In this document: positions 58,665 through 64,000 of the stretch, in pieces
How positions within the stretch are numbered: position 1 is the stretch's first letter
How the letters are laid out: each line of letters opens with the position of its first letter
Program-made: the position numbers and the translations under genes
From: an archaeon
Lineage (GTDB): Archaea > Methanobacteriota_B > Thermococci > Methanofastidiosales > NM3
Direction of reading: 5' to 3'
DNA length: 64,000 nucleotides
Assembly: GCA_004212155.1 (NCBI GenBank)
Contig: RXIG01000028.1
Location: forward strand, 32,812-96,811
Notes under the pieces: model-generated
Database searches by the model: none
The model's input: the letters and a program-made list of their open reading frames with translations, nothing else
What the model was told of the DNA's origin: nothing

Positions 58665-60791
58665 TCAGTCGAAGAACTTCTTCTCTCGTCGCATCTGTTC
58701 GCCGACCTTCTTGAGCGCCTCGTTGAAGTGTGCCTGTGTCACGATGTCGGCCTCGAGGCTCTCTCTGATGGCGTTCATACCCGCTTCCTTTACGAGGGCC
58801 GCAATGTCTGCACCGGTGTAGTCTTCGGTCTCTTCGGCGATCTTTGCTAGGTCGACGTCGTCTGCCAACGGCATCTCCTTGGTGTGCACCTTGAGTATCT
58901 CCTCTCGGCCCTCCTTTTCCGGCATGGGGATCTTGACTATCGAGTCGAACCTCCCTGGCCTCAGCAAGGCGCTGTCGAGTATGTCCGGTCTGTTCGTGGC
59001 GGCGATGACTATTACCTTGTCGAGCTTCTCGATGCCATCCATCTCGCTTAGGAGCTGGTTGACGATGCGTTCGGTCACCTTCGTGCCGACCTCCTCCCCC
59101 CGGGAGCCTGCAATGGCGTCGATCTCATCGAAGAAGATGATCGTCGGCGCGACCTGCCGTGCCCGCTTGAAGACCTTGCGGATGCCGCGTTCCGATTCGC
59201 CGACCCACTTCGAGATGAGCTCGGGGCCTCGAACGGCGATGAAGTTCGCATCAGATTCGTTTGCTACCGCCTTAGCGATAAGCGTCTTGCCCGTTCCGGG
59301 CGGACCGTAGAGCAACACGCCAGTGGATGGTTTGATGCCGACTCGCTTGTACGACTCGGGATACTTCAGTGGCCACTCGATGGTCTCTTTCATCTGCCGC
59401 TTGACCGACTCCAGCCCGCCGATGTCAGACCAGTGCACGTCAGGAACCTCAACGAGCGCCTCTCTCATGCCCGAGGGCTCCACCTCGTGATATGCGTCAA
59501 GGAAGTCCTGTTGTGTCACTATGAGCTCACTGAGGAGTTCTGAGGATATCTTCACGTCCTTGCCCGTGATCTCGGGCACATGCCTTCGAAGCGCCTTCAT
59601 GGCCGCTTCCTTGCAGAGCGCCTCGAGGTCTGCCCCCACATAGCCGTGCGTTATGCGCGCGAGGTCTTCCCTATTGAAGTCCTCGGCAAGGGGCATGCTG
59701 CGGGTATGTATCTCGAGGATCTCCTTGCGCCCCTTCTCGTCGGGCACGCCTATCTCTATCTCCCTGTCAAAGCGCCCAGGCCTCCTCAAGGCCGGGTCAA
59801 TGGCGTTTTCAATGTTTGTTGCGCCAATGACGACGACCTTGCCCCTGCCCTTCAGGCCGTCCATGAGCGTGAGAAGCTGTGAGACGACGCGGCGTTCCAC
59901 CTCGCCCTTGCTCTCTTCCCTCTTTGGCGCTATGGCATCGATCTCGTCGATGAAGACGATGGAAGGAGCGTTCTTTTCTGCCTCGACAAACACGTTCCTG
60001 AGATTCTGTTCCGACTCGCCATAATACTTTGACATGATCTCGGGACCGTTGATGACGCTGAAATTGGCGTTGATCTCGTTGGCAAGCGCCTTGGCAAGCA
60101 TCGTCTTGCCCGTTCCGGGCGGTCCGTAGAGCAGCACACCCTTGGGCGGCTGCACGCCGAGCTTGTCGAAGACCTCGGGATGCTTCATGGGTAGCTCTAC
60201 CATCTCGCGTATCTTGTGTATCTCCTCTTCCAGACCGCCGATGTCCTCGTAGGTAACGTCGGGGACCTTGGTAAGGTCTGAAACCTTGGTCGGTTTCTCC
60301 GATACGCGGATCTCGGTCGCAGGCGTGACGCGCACGCATCCGGCGGGATCGGTCTTTGTCACCATGAACGGTATCTGGTTAGTGTATATGTCAAGGACGA
60401 TGTAGCTCCCCTTTATGGCAGGCTTGTCCATGAGCTTTTGCTTGAAGTAGGTCGATATGTCACCCCGTATGCGCAATTCGTATTCCAGCGGTGCGAGCTC
60501 GAGCACACGGCAGTCCTGTGCGGTGACCTTTGATATCTTCACCTTGTCGCCAAGCGACGTTCCGGCGTTCTTCCTCAAAATGCCGTCCATGCGCACAATC
60601 TCGAGGCCCTCGTCCTCGGGTTTGCCCCTCCAGACGACGGCAACGGCCGTACGGCTTCCCTCTATCTGGATGAAGTCGCCCGTATTCAATCCTAATCTTT
60701 CCATCTCTCGTGAGGACAATCGTACGATCTGTCTACCCACGTCCATCTTCTCCGCATCTGCGACGGTATAATGCATCGCGTTCTCATTCAT
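58665..60791 (-). CDS. cdc48: Cdc48/VAT AAA+ ATPase
   Basis: N-domain plus two AAA modules: GPPGTGKT twice, [18 protein letters not shown]. Confidence 0.96.
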   Translation of the reverse strand: MNENAMHYTVADAEKMDVGRQIVRLSSREMERLGLNTGDFIQIEGSRTAVAVVWRGKPEDEGLEIVRMDGILRKNAGTSLGDKVKISKVTAQDCRVLELAPLEYELRIRGDISTYFKQKLMDKPAIKGSYIVLDIYTNQIPFMVTKTDPAGCVRVTPATEIRVSEKPTKVSDLTKVPDVTYEDIGGLEEEIHKIREMVELPMKHPEVFDKLGVQPPKGVLLYGPPGTGKTMLAKALANEINANFSVINGPEIMSKYYGESEQNLRNVFVEAEKNAPSIVFIDEIDAIAPKREESKGEVERRVVSQLLTLMDGLKGRGKVVVIGATNIENAIDPALRRPGRFDREIEIGVPDEKGRKEILEIHTRSMPLAEDFNREDLARITHGYVGADLEALCKEAAMKALRRHVPEITGKDVKISSELLSELIVTQQDFLDAYHEVEPSGMREALVEVPDVHWSDIGGLESVKRQMKETIEWPLKYPESYKRVGIKPSTGVLLYGPPGTGKTLIAKAVANESDANFIAVRGPELISKWVGESERGIRKVFKRARQVAPTIIFFDEIDAIAGSRGEEVGTKVTERIVNQLLSEMDGIEKLDKVIVIAATNRPDILDSALLRPGRFDSIVKIPMPEKEGREEILKVHTKEMPLADDVDLAKIAEETEDYTGADIAALVKEAGMNAIRESLEADIVTQAHFNEALKKVGEQMRREKKFFD

Positions 60792-60902
60792 GCGTTTCCA
60801 CCTCTTGTATCTCTCCAATTTTGATATGGTGTTTATCGTGTATCTTGTCAGTGCGGTGTTTTTTAACACGCGCAGGCATCATGTGTCTTGGCTGCATGTT
60901 CA

Positions 60903-60933
60903 CTAACATAATGTTAGCTTCACTATATGTTAG
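60903..60933. promoter_or_regulatory. HSR1/Phr-type heat-shock operator
   Basis: CTAAC-ATAAT-GTTAG (60903-17) plus degenerate TTCAC-TATAT-GTTAG, just downstream of a minus-strand TATA at about 60941-50. Confidence 0.7.
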
Positions 60934-60996
60934 TTTAATCTATTTAAAAATTTTTTGGTAGATCCTAGTGCCGTTTCAAGCACGACGGCGTCCGAG

Positions 60997-61791
60997 TTAG
61001 CGCTCCGTGCCGTTAAGCACGTCGAGTGACACATGGTAGCGTGCAAGAGAAGCATTGGCCTTCTTCTCGTAGTAGTCGCGCATCTTCTTTCGGGCGGGAC
61101 TGAAATCATGAAATGGTGCATTCACGCCGACCGAGTAGAGGAGCAACTGGGACGCGGGGGCAGGTGGCATCTTATGCCCATGAGGTTCGCGTAGCATTGC
61201 AACCACGTCATCTATGTGAATGGCGCCCTCTCTCACCTTGTAGAACGCCGATGCTATGCGACGACACATCTGCCACAGGAATCCTGGGCCGCGAAAGATG
61301 AGGCATGTGTCGCCATGTTCCATGCGAAACGTCATGGAAAGTGTGCGGTAAGGCGACTTCGATTCTCGCCTTCTGCAGAAAAGGGAGAAGTCGTGTGTGT
61401 CAGAGAAGATGGTGCACAGCTCGTTCAAAAGCGGGATGGGATAGTCTTCGATGCCCAGGTGATAGTGGTATTCCTTGATATAGGGGGGATGGTATGGCAT
61501 CGTGGTGTATCCTGTTATCCAGATATCTTCCAGATACTTCGTCATCCGTTGCAACTCATTGTGCTTGAAGAGTGAACCTGTATGGCCGCCTATGAAAAGA
61601 ATGTTCTCGCGTGCGCTCACGCCCTTGTCGGTGCGCGAGGCGAATCGAAAAAGAGAGGGCACCTCATCCATCGGGAGAAACGATGTTTTCCAGAAAGCCC
61701 GGAGTAGTTCCCCTTCGATCGTTGGATGGTGCGGCTGGCGCTGGGACCCGTGATAGGGATGCCCATCGTATGCCACCCTGAGCGCGAGCAT
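60997..61791 (-). CDS. truA: tRNA pseudouridine(38-40) synthase
   Basis: AYDG..YHGSQRQP, SRTDKGVSA, HDFS, FLWQMCRRI. Confidence 0.9.
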   Translation of the reverse strand: MLALRVAYDGHPYHGSQRQPHHPTIEGELLRAFWKTSFLPMDEVPSLFRFASRTDKGVSARENILFIGGHTGSLFKHNELQRMTKYLEDIWITGYTTMPYHPPYIKEYHYHLGIEDYPIPLLNELCTIFSDTHDFSLFCRRRESKSPYRTLSMTFRMEHGDTCLIFRGPGFLWQMCRRIASAFYKVREGAIHIDDVVAMLREPHGHKMPPAPASQLLLYSVGVNAPFHDFSPARKKMRDYYEKKANASLARYHVSLDVLNGTER

Positions 61792-61833
61792 GAGAAAAGT
61801 ATAAGGAAAAAATAGAAAAAGATTGCGCAAGGA

Positions 61834-62343
61834 CTACTTCTTGTTCGCCTCGAGGTATTTTAGCCCCTCTTCCGTGATATGGAGCGTGAAGTTAGGGTAT
61901 ACTCCCTCCACCTTCTTGGCCAGTCCACAGTACTCAAGCTCGTCGGCAAGCATGTGTGCCTCGTCCTCGGCCATGTTCAGTTCGCGAAGCAGCTTCGTTT
62001 CGGGGACATAGTACGGATTTCCGTTCTTGTACTCGTTTTTGAGTATCTCCAACACCTTGAGCTTCTCTGGTCCGTGAAGCTTGCATTCCTTGAGTATTTC
62101 TACCTTCCCTTCCTTGAGTGCGTCGATGCCCTTGTGTCGTATCTTCAACAAGAAGGTTGGTGCGAATCCCTCCTCCTTGTATACATAGCCGTTCATCTCG
62201 AGATTTTCGGCATAGGGCCTTAGTTCCTCGACCGACATGCTAAGTCGGGAGCGCAGTTCGCTGGACGGTACGAAGTATGGGGGGTCCTTGTCGTAGTGCT
62301 CTTTCAAAATTTCCAATATCTTCATGTAGATATCTTCAGCCAT
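61834..62343 (-). CDS. Tandem winged-helix protein
   Basis: Two internal repeats of about 80 aa: K.LEILK..Y..PY.VP..L..E..G..K.EG..P.F.L.I..G. Confidence 0.7.
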   Translation of the reverse strand: MAEDIYMKILEILKEHYDKDPPYFVPSSELRSRLSMSVEELRPYAENLEMNGYVYKEEGFAPTFLLKIRHKGIDALKEGKVEILKECKLHGPEKLKVLEILKNEYKNGNPYYVPETKLLRELNMAEDEAHMLADELEYCGLAKKVEGVYPNFTLHITEEGLKYLEANKK

Positions 62344-62558
62344 ATGTTTCCACCATGTGAATAATGGTAGTGAATATTATTAAACCTTATGCATTATTTG
62401 GTCTTTTTTTGCAATAAATGGATTATATTGTCTTATTTCAAGCATCATACAACAACAATACAATTATGGTGTTGTCATATGCGGGGATATACCATGATCA
62501 AACGCACCTTATAGTGCTTCAAAAAAAGTGAGGGAAGAAAAAAGGGATAGAAGGAGGC

Positions 62559-63746
62559 TTATATGGCCCCCTCGTCGACAAGCTCTCGTATCTGCTCGTC
62601 CGTATAACCAGCGATCTTTTTTATGGTCTCGCGGTTGTGATGTCCCAGATGTGGCGCGGACATGTATATGTCGGTGTTCATCGATGAGAACTTGATAGGG
62701 TTGTTGACGAGTTTGATGGAGCCCAGCTTGTCGTGGGGCAGTTCCACCACCATGTTCCTGTGCGCTGTGTTGGGGTCGCTTACCACCTTGTCGACGGTGT
62801 TGACGGGTCCGCACGGCACGCCAAGCTTGCCGATCGTGTCGACAGCATCATCGGTGGTCTTGTCCGTTGTCCACCTCTCGATCCGCTCCTTGAGTATGTC
62901 ATGGTGTTGTGAGCGCGCCTCGTTCGAGGTGAATCGTTCATCGCCGAGGAGCTCATCCATTCCGAGTCCCTTGCAGAAACGTTCCCAGAGGGAGTCGTTG
63001 CCCACGGCGATGACCATCCAACCATCCTTTGTCTTGAAGACGTCAAATGGCGCAAGCGACGGGTGGCGCGAACCGATGCGCTCGGGTACCTCGCCTGTGG
63101 CGAAGTAGCGTGCGACGGCGTTTTCAAGCACTGACATAATGCAGTCTGTCATGGCGATGTCGATCTTTTGTCCTTCACCGGTCGTCTCGCGTGCACGAAG
63201 CGCGGAGAGGATGCCTATGCCAGTGAACAAACCCGATATGATGTCACCTATCGAACTTCCTACGCGCGTAGGGGGCTTGTCAGGGTAACCGGTGATGCTC
63301 ATCAGTCCTCCGAATGCCTGGGCGATGATGTCATAGCCCGGGCGCCCCGGATAGACGGTATCGTGTCCGAATCCACAAATCGATGCATAGACGATCTTGG
63401 GATTCACCTTCTTCAGGTCCTCATAGCCCACGCCGAGCTTTTCCATCGTACCAGGCCTGAAGTTCTCGGTCACGACATCGGCGTTTTTCACCATGTCCAG
63501 GAAGAGCTGTTTGCCTTTTGGATGTTTCATGTTAATGGTAATCGAGTTCTTGTCCCTGTTGATGGAGTGGAAGTACGCTGATTCCCCATCAATGAACGGA
63601 CCAAATTCCCGTGTATCGTCGCCTTTACCAGGGCGTTCGATCTTGATGACCTCGGCCCCCATGTCTGCAAGCACCATCGTGCAATACGGCATTGCCAGCA
63701 CGTGTCCAAAGTCCAATATCCTTATACCTTCAAGCGGTCGTTCCAC
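62559..63746 (-). CDS. Family III CoA-transferase (CaiB/BaiF)
   Basis: PLEGIRILD, GAEVIKIE, NRDK, ENFRPG, GYD, APHLG. Confidence 0.93.
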   Translation of the reverse strand: MERPLEGIRILDFGHVLAMPYCTMVLADMGAEVIKIERPGKGDDTREFGPFIDGESAYFHSINRDKNSITINMKHPKGKQLFLDMVKNADVVTENFRPGTMEKLGVGYEDLKKVNPKIVYASICGFGHDTVYPGRPGYDIIAQAFGGLMSITGYPDKPPTRVGSSIGDIISGLFTGIGILSALRARETTGEGQKIDIAMTDCIMSVLENAVARYFATGEVPERIGSRHPSLAPFDVFKTKDGWMVIAVGNDSLWERFCKGLGMDELLGDERFTSNEARSQHHDILKERIERWTTDKTTDDAVDTIGKLGVPCGPVNTVDKVVSDPNTAHRNMVVELPHDKLGSIKLVNNPIKFSSMNTDIYMSAPHLGHHNRETIKKIAGYTDEQIRELVDEGAI

Positions 63747-64000
63747 ATTAATTCCTCCAACCGTTTTCTCAAGAGATACCCTTCATGGAGTCTCCTTGCC
63801 ACCTGCCTTTGGCACCATGAGGGAACGTTGGTTATCGTTATCTCTATGTGTACTACCTGTATTTTGGAAATATTTAAAGGTTTGTTCGTTGTTTAATTAC
63901 ATATTATTCTTTTATTTTTTATAATAATGAATTTTATATAATATAATTAAAAATTATATGAAACTAATTCAAAATAGAAGAAATATAATAAATTTAGTAC

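Overview
This is archaeal chromosomal DNA, roughly 55% GC in coding regions by eye, with BRE/TATA promoters, GGTGA ribosome-binding sites and tRNA introns with bulge-helix-bulge (BHB) motifs. L41e, SerK and the V-type-like AtpK suggest a Thermococci-related lineage such as Methanofastidiosa or Theionarchaea; that placement is inference only. Most genes are housekeeping: dys, nadX, valS, aIF2-beta, NMD3, dnaG, gar1-tfb, a complete A1Ao ATP synthase operon, nac, hypABEF, serK, pyrF/pyrD, dph5, cdc48 and truA. There are four tRNAs (Ile-GAT, Pro-CGG, Met-CAT with intron, Ser-CGA with intron). Features outside the ORF track: three micro-proteins (L41e, a CPxCG zinc finger, a 51-aa 4-Cys protein) and a two-hairpin H/ACA guide RNA. 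The main candidates for follow-up are: (1) a structured leader with a uORF and an anti-SD sequence ahead of a circularly permuted orphan NitT/TauT binding protein; (2) a split LigD operon (phosphoesterase, ligase, polymerase) with no Ku gene in the window; (3) two genes that appear to start at ATC or ATT; (4) an output-less GAF-PAS sensor next to a PEP/pyruvate-binding ATP-grasp protein; (5) an HSR1-type operator at cdc48. No CRISPR array, transposase or integrase was seen. Start positions were adjusted by eye and no database search was run.
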